From Antedon mediterranea (Eukaryota; Animalia; Echinodermata): a DNA stretch of 64,000 nt. Every line of letters begins with the position of its first letter. The stretch's first letter is position 1. Both the position numbers and the translations under genes were made by a program. The DNA is taken from positions 1,860,001-1,924,000 of the forward strand of contig NC_092680.1 in assembly GCF_964355755.1 (NCBI RefSeq), in the 5' to 3' direction. The notes below the pieces were generated by a model. The model saw nothing but the letters and a program-made list of their open reading frames with translations, did no database searches and had not been told where the DNA came from. Positions 11,101 through 22,618 of the stretch are shown in pieces.

Positions 11101-14100
11101 ATAAAAAAAATCAATTAAATAAGGGCGAGGCGAAGGAAGAAACGTTGTCCATGTTTTAAACATAAAATTTTGGTTTATGATTTACCACAGCTTTTCCATT
11201 TGTAGCAGCACTGTAGGTTGTAGCCATGACTGACGGGCATGACTCAGCATAACGTGGTAGATTTCCCGTCATGCTCGCACTCGTTACAGACAATGTGTAT
11301 ATACTTGTTACGTAACCGTCACAACTACAATGATCTTTTACTGTACCGCCATTTCCAGAAGCCCACACAAAAATTGATCCAAGACCGTTCCTTCCCTAAA
11401 AAACAGCAATGAAAAACATTTTAAGAAAATTTGGGTCACAGTCATTGAAATCAACTAATCCATGTTTTCTTATCCACCATGAAGTAAAGCTAGAATGTTT
11501 ATAATTTAGGATTTTAACTTTGATAGTTCAAACTCGGAGAGGCTCAGAGAGAGACCAAAAGGAAGACCAAAAACAATTACATGGATGGCTAACATAGAAA
11601 GGAAACAGAAATGTTCACATGCGGACCTATAGGCCCGGCACGTTCTTGCTTAAAAACGTACTGAGTGGCGAACACAAGTGAGACGCGCAATGTCTAACGA
11701 CGATTAGCATTTAAGATGATGAGTTTAAACTAATTTTTGGTAATCTTTATAACGTAAAATAAAATCCCTCCGCATTATTGTATATGAATTTGGCCTACCA
11801 TTTTTGCACCATCTTCCAACGCCTTTGTTGTCAGCAGTCCTGGTCCATCTACATCCCTACCAGTATCGTCTGGTCCCCAGCTGATACTGTATATGCTAAT
11901 TACCTGTCTGTTAAAGCTCAAAGACGCTGCTTCCACGACATCTGACAACGAGTGGTCAAGCATTCGTATACCTTACGGAATAAAAATATTTACATTTTGA
12001 GACGACTGTGAATACAGATTTGAAGATTCTTAAGGCCTTGTCTACACTATCAAACTTTACGTGACAAAAATTTGCCCATATATGGACATCATATCACTAC
12101 CATATTTGGGCATGCCACTACCATATTTGGGCACATCACACTTTTGTTGTCAAACTAGTTTGATAGTGTAGACAGATCTTAAGCTTAGTACGTATGGCAG
12201 TCTACACTAGAAAACTTTAGCAAACTTACCCCCAATTTTAGAGTTGTAAGCAATACCGACACCACATATACTGTTGTTGGCTTGCATAGCTACTTCTCCA
12301 GCACATCTGGTTCCATGGCTGCAATAACATTGAACATTAGTATTTATAATTTATTTCGTTTACATGTTTTACAAGTTTTGAAACTTAGGCCTAAGGCATG
12401 CTTGTTAATGTTGTTTAATTTATTACATGCTTTTATATTCACGCGAATCGAACAATCTTGAGTTCTGATTGGTTGCGCATTTGTGTTTTTTTTGCTTCAC
12501 AAAAACTAGATGAAAATATTAATACGCATGCGCAGTAGTGTCAACGCTTTCAATTCGCGCAATTTGTCTAGTGAAAACTGAAGAAGACATAAACAATAGG
12601 CCTATTGGGATAAAAACGTAACTCGTGTTTAACTTAACTTCGAGCTCATTCTTGCTCAGCAACAAATTAATACGAATCCACGTTCAATTTAGTTTGAGAC
12701 TTACTTGTTATCCTTTCGTTTAGTGTATTTTGGAAGTGGGTCATCATCCCAGTCGATGAAATCATAACTTGCTGATGGTTCCTAAATGATCAGAAATAAA
12801 TGACCACAGATGTTGTAAAATAAGTAACTAAACCTATTAACATATGACTCGTAACGCGTTGGTCGTGTCTAAATGATAATACTTATAATATAATAATGTA
12901 TTATAATGAAAATTAAGCTTGGTTCCCACGAGGACGCAACGCAATGACGTAATGGCAACGCAAGCGTGTTGACCAATGACAAGCGACAGTTCGAATAATC
13001 CATCGCTTGAGATTGGTAAATTCACCCACGTTGTGTTACGTCCTTGTGTTACGTCTCTAGTGGGAATCAAACATAAGAGCATAACTCATTTATAACTTTA
13101 TGATTGCTTGTCAGGCTTCTGAAGAATAGAAGCTGAAACAACGAAACTGTCAAGAAAGTACCATTTTAAATCATTTTTTAATACAAGAAATTTCTATATT
13201 TTATGAAGAAATATAGCACTTACATAATTTTCGAGTAAATCAGGATGATTTCTCTCAATGCCATCGTCCACTATTGTGACAGCAACTCCCTCTCCTGTGT
13301 AGCCTTGTTGCCATGCCTCCACTACGCGGTGATCGAATCCATTACTACTGTACTAGTATAAGAACATATATACATAGAACACATCTTTGAGACGCTATTA
13401 TTTATTCCTAGCAAAGGGACAGGTGAAATTAACAAATAAAGGTTTTAACACTATACTCTACCAACTGTTTATTCAGTGGGACACCCAAATTAAGGGATAT
13501 TTGTTGTGTCCTGAAGGTGTTCCACTAGACTACGTTAATATTTGTTATTTTATGCGATCAGTATGCCTCGTTTGGTGAAAACATTTTCCTCTGGTTTCGA
13601 TTAGTATATTGATCATATGTAGTTCATTGATTGTAAACCAGTAATTTTAACTTATGTTTCAAGACAGTTTCGTCTAGATAATATATATATATATATATAT
13701 ATATACAATCTGCAGACAGTACTGTTTCGATCTTATTAGATCTCGTCAGTGCAGCTCAGTCAATATAATGTCTCGTTTGTATTGTTATTATTTAAACCAT
13801 ATTTAATATATATGATTTCAAGTGTATAGAACAATTCAACTTTACATCTAGTATTAAATTCGAACACCTGTGAGAACCTGTTTAAATATATCAAAGGTAA
13901 TCGTATATAAAGGTAATGCTTTTAAAATAAACAATTCAAAATACATCATTATATATTGAAAGGCAACATGTCAACGGTGAATACCGAGATAGCTTTAATG
14001 TAAACATTTTCTATGAGGAGCTTGGATATTAAATGTTGTTTGGAGAAAACGAATATCAGTGGCTGGAAATAATTGCGAACTGCCTCAAGCTCTGTCTACA

Positions 14101-16647
14101 CTATCAAACTAGTTTGACAAAAAAAGTGGGATGATGTGCGCAAATACGGTAATGATATGACATCATCATGTCCATATATGGGCATATCATTTTTTTGTCA
14201 CATAAAATGTGATAGTGTAGACAGAGCTTTAGTACAGAGTGCGATAAATCTTCCCATAATGCATAAACAACATGTTCAATCTTACTAAAAAACAAATATA
14301 TTAAGTTTGATTTCAAGTGATATCTATCACGTGTCATTATCTCTATCTAGAAAAATGTCTTGTAGCACGAACGACTGTTTATACTTTGCTGTGTAGCAAG
14401 CAAGGCGACATGTTCTAAGTAGCATAATATTCTTACCAGATACCATTGTTTGGAAACGAAAACGTCATTGGATATGTCTCGTTTAGCTCTTGACTTGTGA
14501 ATTTGCTGTTCGAACCATTTCACCTAAACAAGAAACATTTTTACTTTTTTTATAATGTCACTGCTGCGTCGGTTTTGTTTTCACCTTATTGTAGGCCTAT
14601 ACCGTATTTATACTAATGATGATAAAAAAGAAACATTTCCCTGCCACGTAACATACACCTAAATGTGAAAGTTTACATAAGTCAACTGCAATTCGTGTAG
14701 TAGGCCTAGGCTACACAAATTAAAATCATAATTGAAAAAAAAGGGATACAAAAAGGATGAAAAAGAAGGCTAAACAAATCTCTAGGCCTATGATCATTCC
14801 ATACAACATTGATGTGGTGGTACAATCAGGGGGAGAGTGAACACTCCCTGGTACCCGGGAACTTAAGTCCCTGCTGGTACAATGTTTGTCTCATTTTATG
14901 AGCTTATATTGTATTTTTTAAAGTTATTTGGTGCTAGAACGGCCCCTGTATGAAAGTTCACCCTAACTAGGATGAAATAATAAAATAAATCATTCTTTTT
15001 ATTTCGTCAGGACATTTCAATTGCACGTATACACCCAATTATATATCCATCCAAAATAAAAAAAAAAACATAGCTAAATTTTATCTGTGTAGCCGATTAG
15101 TTTTTTAGTTATTTATTTAAAATTGGGCAAACTGCCAAGAAGGAACCATGATAGCATAGCTAAAGGCCTAACACAGAAGTTGAAAAGGAATATACAAATT
15201 CGTCAATAAGAAAACATACACTCAGATTCAACTAAAGCGTGGTTCCCATAGCGACGCAACGCAAGGACGTAACGCAACGCAAGTGAATTGACCAATCACA
15301 AGCGATGGCTTATTCGCTTGTGATTGATAACTGTCTATAACTTCGCTTGTCATTGGTTAAAACGCTTGCGTTGCGTTTACGTCCTTGCGTTACGTTCTAG
15401 TGGGAACCAATCTTTAGTTCTTTGCACCTAAACTGACTAAATGATGTCGACAAATTACATTTAGATTCATATTCATTCAACATTTATTTAGAAACAGTTC
15501 AAGAAATAAAAGAAGCATACATTTACAATAACTTAAATGGCAACAATAAATAAGAACTGTTTCAGGAATCGAAAAAGTATTACTAACAATGAGCTATATA
15601 ATTATTTTCTTTAAAAAAACTCCTTAAGCTCTGTGTCTAAACTTTTAAACTAGTTTGAAAAAAAGTGTGATGTGCCAAAATGTGGTGGTGATATGCCCAA
15701 ATATGGTAGTGATATGACATCATCATGTCCATATATGAGCACATCACATTTTTTGGCACATAAAGTTTGATAGTGTAGACAGAGCGTTAAACGATTATGC
15801 GTTTTTACGTTGACTTTCTTAAAACAAAACAAAAATATTTCTTTATCCATACCTGCGGCTCCTCTTTGATGTTGATATGTGCACCATCACTTGGTAAAAT
15901 AGATCTTTTGTTAATGTTGCCACGGGAATATAGGTAAAAATCATCGAGCGACCCAACCTATTTAATTTAACAAATTAAGACAAATATTTTGAATATAAAT
16001 ATTCGCTTTTATTTGATAAAAGAATGTTTTTTTTCTATTAGTATTTAAGTTAGCAATAGATAATGGCAGAAATGGTTTCAGGCGACAGATATATTTGTGT
16101 CAACTCTTCGGGTTCCAAACAAGTATGCCAATCAACTCAATTTCCCCGCTTAATAATAATAATAATAAACAGTATTTATATAGCGCGCCTAATTGATCAC
16201 TGACCCCTCTAGGTGCTTTACATAGGACCTTAACTAATGGTAATAAACTATCCCCCGCCGGACACCATTCCAGTATTTCTTAGTCGAGGTTTCGGGGATG
16301 GAGACAATCAATAATGTGAAAAAAAAAATGTAACTAAGCTTAACTATGCTTAACTAAGGTAAAACTATCCCCCGCCGGACACCATCCCGGTATTTCTGAG
16401 TCAAGGTTTCGGGGCCAATGTTACCAATGTTTCTTATCTGTAAACACATTAATGATTATGTAATTGTTGAACGTACCTGTCCGTGGAACTGGTACCCATA
16501 TTTGTCTGCCAATTCAGCAGCTGACTGCGAACCTCCAAGAACCTGGGCTGCATAATAGCTGGAGTAGGTGGTCAGACCAGCTAAACACTGACCATATTTA
16601 ACAGCAATCAATACAAGATAGCATATTACAGCAATAAGTCTATGCAT
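8199..16647 (-). CDS. Subtilisin/kexin-type proprotein convertase (furin/PC5-like), 13 coding exons, ends shortly after the P domain
   Basis: Exons: 16647-16477 (signal peptide [16 protein letters not shown]), 15957-15853, 14523-14437 (propeptide cleavage site RAKR), ~13352-13224 (catalytic Asp, IVDDG), ~12782-12706, ~12319-12230 ([10 protein letters not shown]), ~11972-11800 (SWGPDD), ~11395-11186 (oxyanion WASGNGG), ~10628-10528 (GTSASAP), ~10332-10231, ~9410-9292 (HKFGFG), ~8997-8671 (P domain), ~8284-8199 (WSIVLHGT...NAL*). GT-AG boundaries seen. Confidence 0.93.
9079..9268. mobile_element. Tourist/PIF-Harbinger-like MITE, family A
   Basis: Family TIR AGCTCTGTCTACACTATCAAACT, TAA/TTA flanks, internal ATATCACTACCATATTTGGGC repeats. 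The right TIR is interrupted by a 29-bp palindrome. Confidence 0.85.
9231..9259. other. Palindromic micro-insertion with 7-bp TSD (putative P-superfamily excision footprint)
   Basis: CAGGGAGTTGTTATAATAACAACTCCCTG flanked by GACAGAG at 9224-9230 and 9260-9266. Confidence 0.8.
9514..10180. repeat. 51-bp minisatellite, about 13 nearly identical copies, in a convertase intron
   Basis: Unit AAACGAGAGGAGTTAGGAACAGATGAATAAGTTACGATAAGTCACAAAGAT, head-to-tail with no spacers. Confidence 0.95.
12034..12179. mobile_element. MITE family A copy
   Basis: TGTCTACACTATCAAACT ... AGTTTGATAGTGTAGACAG with internal CACTACCATATTTGGG repeats. Confidence 0.8.
12916..13070. mobile_element. MITE family B copy (diverged)
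   Basis: AGCTTGGTTCCCAC ... CTAGTGGGAATCA with internal ACGCAACGCAA and CCAATGACAAGCG motifs. Confidence 0.7.
13710..13754 (-). ncRNA. Minimal type I hammerhead ribozyme (Penelope/retrozyme type)
   Basis: Minus strand: CTGCA-CTGACGA-GATCT AATA AGATC-GAAA-CAGTACTG-TC-TGCAG. Complete CUGANGA and GAAA cores, 5-bp helix I, 5-bp helix II, palindromic helix III, GUC cleavage triplet. Lies next to an (AT)n tract. Confidence 0.8.
14088..14228. mobile_element. MITE family A copy
   Basis: AGCTCTGTCTACACTATCAAACT ... GATAGTGTAGACAGAGCT. Confidence 0.85.
14827..14873. other. Two nested palindromic micro-insertions, each with a 7-bp TSD
   Basis: CAGGGGGAGAGTGAACACTCCCTG (14827-14850; TSD GTACAAT, right copy split as GTAC...AAT) and CCGGGAACTTAAGTCCCTG (14855-14873; TSD CTGGTAC at 14848-14854 and 14874-14880). 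Confidence 0.7.
15236..15413. mobile_element. Tourist/PIF-Harbinger-like MITE, family B (full length)
   Basis: AGCGTGGTTCCCATAG ... CTAGTGGGAACCAATCT with TAA/TTA flanks. Near-identical to copies at 30033-30211 (inverted) and 43540-43717. Confidence 0.88.
15628..15787. mobile_element. MITE family A copy
   Basis: Family A internal repeats and right TIR AGTTTGATAGTGTAGACAGAGC. Confidence 0.8.
16150..16415 (-). mobile_element. 3' tail of a LINE/SINE with an internal ~55-bp duplication
   Basis: Minus strand ends in GCGCTATATAAATACTGTTT(ATT)n, a typical CR1/L2-type terminus. AAACTATCCCCCGCCGGACACCAT...GGTTTCGGGG occurs twice (~16245 and ~16362). Confidence 0.55.
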
Positions 16648-16868
16648 TTTGTAAGACGTGCTCAAAGGTACCGTGTTCGCGTAACAGGTCGGTTGACGTC
16701 GAGTTGGCAAAAGACTTCATAATCAGGTAGCTGGGTACGTATATCAATTTTACATCAATCATAATGTACTGTTGATTGCAAAGGGCATAAGATACAAATT
16801 CCACAAGCCAGGTATAAATAATGAAACGTCAATCAAACATCATAAAAGAGGGCGCGAAGGTGTAATTA

Positions 16869-17015
16869 AGCTCTGTCTACACTATCAAACTAGTTTGACA
16901 AAACCCAAATATGGTAGTGGTATGTCCAAATATGGTAGTGATATGACATTACCATGTCCATATACGGGCACATAACTTTTTTTGTCACATGAAGTTTGAT
17001 AGTCTGGTCAAGGCT
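16869..17015. mobile_element. MITE family A copy, ~220 bp upstream of the convertase start codon
   Basis: AGCTCTGTCTACACTATCAAACTAG with a degenerate right TIR. Confidence 0.8.
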
Positions 17016-17732
17016 TTTTAGAGATACGACTGTAGTTTCAAATTAGAACATTTAATTTATTCCAAGCGACGAGTTTCTTCAAACTTTGATCGATCATTTT
17101 TATGAGGAATACACCTAAAACAAACAAAATATATTCGCGATTCTAGTCAGTCATTAGTCGTATATAATATAAACGCCTTTTGGGCTACGGTGGTGCAGTA
17201 TTTTTTACCCATAACCAGCTCCTCAGAGACATGAAAATCAAACACGGAACACGATATTTTAGTAGAAACCCATAAGTACATTTTTCTAATACACGTTTAA
17301 TATAGGAATATCAATTAACAAACAATATAATATATAAAATTGTATACTTTACTATTATTATATAAATATGCTACTATAAAATATAACACCTTCTAAAAGA
17401 GTCAGACTTTTTCTAAACATACATAATAATTTTCTTTAATATAACGGATTCCAGGTTGGATTTAAAGGGCTGTCATAATTCGCTATAAATAAGCCACTTG
17501 AGATGTATTCAGGTAAATATATGTAGATATTTAAATTGCTCATTTTAAACAACTCAAACAGAAAATAATTTTATATGAGCCTCGGGGATTGTCACTGTTT
17601 GGAAGCGAGAACAAATCTGTATGTAATTCTGTAAATGTCCAACAGTTGGATTAACTAAAATATTCACATATTGAATGCAAATAATTGTGTAATTGCATCA
17701 AAATTTAGCAGAATTTAGAGGTAACAAATCTA

Positions 17733-18012
17733 TACCCTACGCATATACCGTATGTACCCTACGCATATACCGTATGTACCCTACGCATATACCGTATGTA
17801 CCCTACGCATATACCGTATGTACCCTACGCATATACCGTATGTACCCTACGCATATACCGTATGTACCCTACGCATATACCGTATGTACCATACGCATAT
17901 ACCGTATGTACCCTACGCATATACCGTATGTACCCTACGCATATACCGTATGTACCATACGCATATACCGTATGTACCATACGCATATATCGCATGTACC
18001 CTACGCATATAC
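17733..18012. repeat. 22-bp minisatellite, about 12-13 copies
   Basis: Unit TACCCTACGCATATACCGTATG. It explains three overlapping repetitive ORFs in the ORF track. Confidence 0.95.
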
Positions 18013-18043
18013 TGTGTATACAGTGAAAAATATTTGGTTAAAG

Positions 18044-18055
18044 CAGGGAACCCTG
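18044..18055. other. 12-bp palindromic micro-insertion with perfect 7-bp TSD
   Basis: CAGGGAACCCTG flanked by GTTAAAG at 18037-18043 and 18056-18062. Confidence 0.75.
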
Positions 18056-18122
18056 GTTAAAGATAGTTAATCAAACCTTATACCTGAAGATATATATATA
18101 TCTATTACTAATTAGTACTAGG

Positions 18123-21100
18123 TCAATGGAACTTTCCTCTCTGATTTGGAGACGATTTCTTGCGTTTAGGCCGAACACTCTTGTCTTTAGGAGAAGTATT
18201 CTTTGCTAACCGTGAAGGACTGGTACTAAGGAATGGCTGGACTGGTATTTCTATACGAAGAGGTCGAGACATTTCTGCTGCACTATTAGAAGCATCGAAC
18301 AACGCTCTGTGACGTATCGCGTATTCCTGCTTTAAACGTTCGTTTAGCTTCTTGTTAATTTTAGATAGGGCAGTACAATTGCACTCTCTTTGGTGTCCAT
18401 CGGTGCGGCATGAGGACCCACAACAGTGCTCTGAAACATGCACTCTTTGCGGTAAAGATTGTAAGTTACTTCGTTCAATTCTTGGAGGAAGTGAAAGACA
18501 GTCATCGAGGGTCTTCTCACGTACAACCGGGCCAACGCTCAAAGTAGGGCTTTTATGCTTCTGTCTGACACTTCTGTCCACTTTACTTTTTGATAAATCT
18601 ACAACAAAAGCCTTCTCCGTTTGATCATTAGCTTGTTCATTACCTTTGTTCTTCATAGAGTTTTCTAGATTGGTAGATCGATTCTCCACTACCTTCTCCA
18701 GTTGTTTTTTTTCTGTTGGCAATTCTCTTTCCAGCTCTTCAATTATTTTTTCTTGCTGACCTTCAATTAGTTGATTCCTTTCTTTCTTATTTTTTTTACA
18801 TTTTTCATTCATTTGTGATTGTTTATTTTTTCTGCAGTTGCTGTTTGAATTATCACTTTTGTCACTATCAGAATCTGAATTATTTAATATAATATGCGAC
18901 TGACTATCGTGAACGCTTGTTTCCAAACTTTTTAATCTGTTATCCTCAAATAATTTGATTCTTGCTGCTTTCTTTTCTTCATCCGTTTGGTGATTCTTTT
19001 CCGTGATTTCTTCTGGAACCTGTACTTTCATTTTTGTACCCTCATCAACTTTCTCATTCTTATACTCCTTGGTCTGCATGTCTTCAACAACATTGTCAAC
19101 AACTGGTTCATTTATCAACTCTTCCGCCGCAACATTATCGTCCTCTTTGACATCCTTTTCATCAATCTCTTCTTTACTATACCATTCCAGTTCATCGTCA
19201 GTTTTCTCCAGTTCATCTTTATTACTGGAATCGCTCTTTTCTGACAAGTCTTCCTTTTCACTATCATCGTCTTCCTCTTTGAACTCCTCCAGACTTAACT
19301 CATCAATATCCTTTTCAAAATCACTGAACCTGTCCTGCATGTCTGTTTCAAAGTCCAACAAATTACTTGATCTCTCCAGCTTCAACTCAAATGCAGTCTC
19401 GATTTCTTGTTCATCTGTTGGTGTAACTTTATCCATTGTATGGGTTGTTCCTGTCAAGATAACTTTTCTCAGAGTTGTTGGAGACACAATTACAACTTCA
19501 TCTTCAACCTTGAAAACATAATCTGCTGTCTTCTCATCTTGTGGATCTGAGAAGACTTTGAGGTAAGGGTGAGCTAACGCTTCTTTGGCTGAAATTCTGG
19601 ATTGAGGACAAAACACTAGTAGCCTCTGTATTAGATGTAAAGCTGAAATCGAAATGAAGACAATTTGTATGAATTAATATAAATGAAAACATTTATGTTG
19701 TAAGCAAAAATGTTAACTACAATTGTTAATTTGTGATTAGAGTGGAGTTTAAACAAGTTGTTTTTTTCTGGTTTCCTTTTACAACAATGACAGCTGGGAA
19801 AGCGATGCCCTGTTATGTTAGAGTAGTTGATAACACAGGATTCCAATGAGAAAGAATGTACTTGTACTCATAGGAGGTGAGAGATGTTTTTTCAACCTAA
19901 ATATATTCTACCCTCATCTACCTATAGTACTACAATAACAGTATAAAAACTGAAAAAAAGCACCTTGTTTATCATTTATTGGGACAAGTTCACATAGAGG
20001 TCGTTTTGCAACTCCATTATAGTTCTTGAGCAGCTTGCTTGGTAGCGTACATATTATGTCATTAATGTCGGACTCGGTCAATGGCACAGAGTCCAAAATC
20101 AATCCCATCAGTTCTAGATCATGTTCTCCTGCAAATAGCATCTTGCCAGTCAGCATCTCTGCCACAATACAGCCCACAGCCCACATGTCAATTGCTTTAT
20201 CATATTCTTGGGGATGTAGCATCAACTCAGGTGAGCGATAGCATCTTGTTGTTATGTTGTCTGTCAAATGACCCTTTAAAGAATATATTTAAAACAATGA
20301 CATAAATAATTAACTAAAGCTCTCTATACACTATCAAACTTTATGTAACAAAAAAAAATGTGATGTGCCCATTTATGAACACAGGATTGACACTATAGTG
20401 TTGATTTATGAACATGATGATATCATTTGCTTTTGATTGTTTTGTTTGGGGTCCCTGACACAAGCTTTGCTTTTTTGGTGACGCCACCATTTTGGAAATA
20501 AATGTTGATTTTGATTGGTTGATATCACTACCGTATTTAGGGCACATCACACTTTTTTTCTCAAGTTTAGTTTGATAGTGTAGACAGGGCTTTAGTCACT
20601 CAATAAATACAGTAGAACCTCTTACTTTAGGACATCTTTATTCAGGGGACACCACTATATACAGTAATAAGTAAAAGGAACAATAAGAGATGTTTTAACA
20701 CTATGGTTAATCCATTCATATCACACAAGCAGACTGTTAAGCAAGAGAGGCATGCATATGTCAGAGCTGATTACATTACAAAACAAAAATTGGACAATAA
20801 GTTGCTTACAATTATAATAGATAATATATTATATATATTACTATACAAAAGAGTAACATACCTTATGGCAGTAGAGAGGATCAATAACCCTTGCCAAACC
20901 AAAATCACCAATCTTCAAGGTCAAATCATTATTATTAACAAACAGATTGCTAGGTTTCAAATCACGGTGTACAACATTCGCACTATGCAAATACTTAAGT
21001 CCGCGAAGTATTTGATACGTAAATAACTTAACGTGCTCAGGTTTTAAGCACTCACTATCAATAACTTGTTTCAGATCAACGTCGCAAAGTTCTTGAACAA

Positions 21101-21401
21101 TGTAGATTTGCTCTCTGATTTTTTTATCTCCGTCATCTGTTGTGGGCAAAAATACATCTAAGATTTTTACTATGTTGTCATGTTCAAGTTGGCGTAAAAT
21201 GCGGACTTCTCTGAGGGCGGATTTGCGATCTTTCATATTGTTCAGCAATACTTTTTTAATAGCAACATTTTTATCGCATTCAGTGTCCAGGGCGGAGACT
21301 GTTAAACCCGACGACCCACTGCCAAGAAATTTAAGACTGCAAAACCTAGAACTAACATGAAAACTTTCATCAAAACATGAAGTCCTTTCCAGTTCTGCCA
21401 T
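18123..21401 (-). CDS. MAPK6: Atypical MAP kinase, ERK3/ERK4 (MAPK6/MAPK4)-like, 3 coding exons, long acidic C-terminal extension
   Basis: Exons 21401-20862, 20273-19964, 19642-18123. Motifs [71 protein letters not shown] (very ERK3/4-like) and the FRIEDE-like FKVEDE. Probably a co-orthologue of MAPK4 and MAPK6. Confidence 0.88.
20318..20591. mobile_element. MITE family A copy expanded by two internal insertions
   Basis: Both TIRs present, with extra sequence at ~20382-20403 and ~20426-20519. Confidence 0.8.
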
Positions 21402-22618
21402 GGCTGAGGAGAATGAAATAAAAAACTTAATTATAATTACTGTAATAAGTAACATTTTTTTGCAATTTAAATTTAAAATAGGTGCATTATTTATCATCAG
21501 TTCAAACCATCAAAACAATATGATATAATAACGCACATTATGATTACTAAATAATTTTGTAACCTCCTATTTTAACAACCTACCACTAGACTACCCTATC
21601 TCAGCGGAGAGTTGGCATTGGTACGCGAGTTGGTTTGGGTACGATTTGACCAGCACCCAGAGAGAAGGTCCAGCAAGCCGCCTACTAGGCTTAATAAACT
21701 AGAGGCAGAGCCCAGGTCTAGCTACGCTAGCTTAAATGGCGTGATTGAGAATGATTAAATATATAATTCGTACAGTTGCTGAATTATATACTAAGAAAAT
21801 TGAACTATTAAAATAATAAATGTACAAATAAATATTATTGGAAGCCTGATTCCTAGTTTTTAAGCTAAAGTTTTATTACCATCCGCCCTTCTTTCCTCGT
21901 TACGACAAAAACAAACACCGACAAGAAAAATTAAATAACAACTTAAAACTATGGGAGGCCATTAGGGTCATAGTTATAACGTGGTTGCTGCGGCTACGTT
22001 CACATGGTGCGGTGGCTGTTTATCGTACGGTGCGATCACACACACGTTTTGTATGAAATCTGAAATACGTTTAATAATGCGTGTGTTCTATTCTTTAAAA
22101 CTTTTCACAATTTTTTATAAAGCCACAAGACCGGAATTCGGGATCAGTGTGAATGTACTTAAATTTTTTCAGAGTCGACTGAAAACAAATCAAACAACCA
22201 CATCGGAATAAGTAAAACAAAATAATGAAATATATATAGCATTATATTTTTTATTAATCATCTATTCAACAAGTCAATTTAAATCAAAATTTAAAAATTC
22301 CTTATTTTCCGCTATCTGGAAAATTTGTGTTAGATTTAATAAAATATGTTTATTTTAGTTAAAAATATACATTCAGTTTATACAGTAATAAAATCATATG
22401 ACTTTCTATAATTTAAAGAAGTGTCTGATCAAGGCAGAAGTCATACAAAGCATACATTGTGATTGGTTCTATGAAGCTGTTCAATCGACCAATCAGGACT
22501 CGGTTAGCATCTTCTACTCGCAAATGTCTGATCATAAAAAGGATATATATCAATCATGGCATAAATTAGTACCATCAAGTTTTATTTATAGCTTGAAGGC
22601 TTTTTGGCACAATGTCTT

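Noticed and set aside
17693-18070. Three overlapping repetitive ORFs (YPTHIPYVPYAY...)
   Set aside because: By-product of a stop-free 22-bp minisatellite; no splice or homology support.
18344-19521. Ser-rich and other ORFs overlapping the MAPK last exon
   Set aside because: Antisense or alternative-frame shadows of an E/D/K-rich coding exon.
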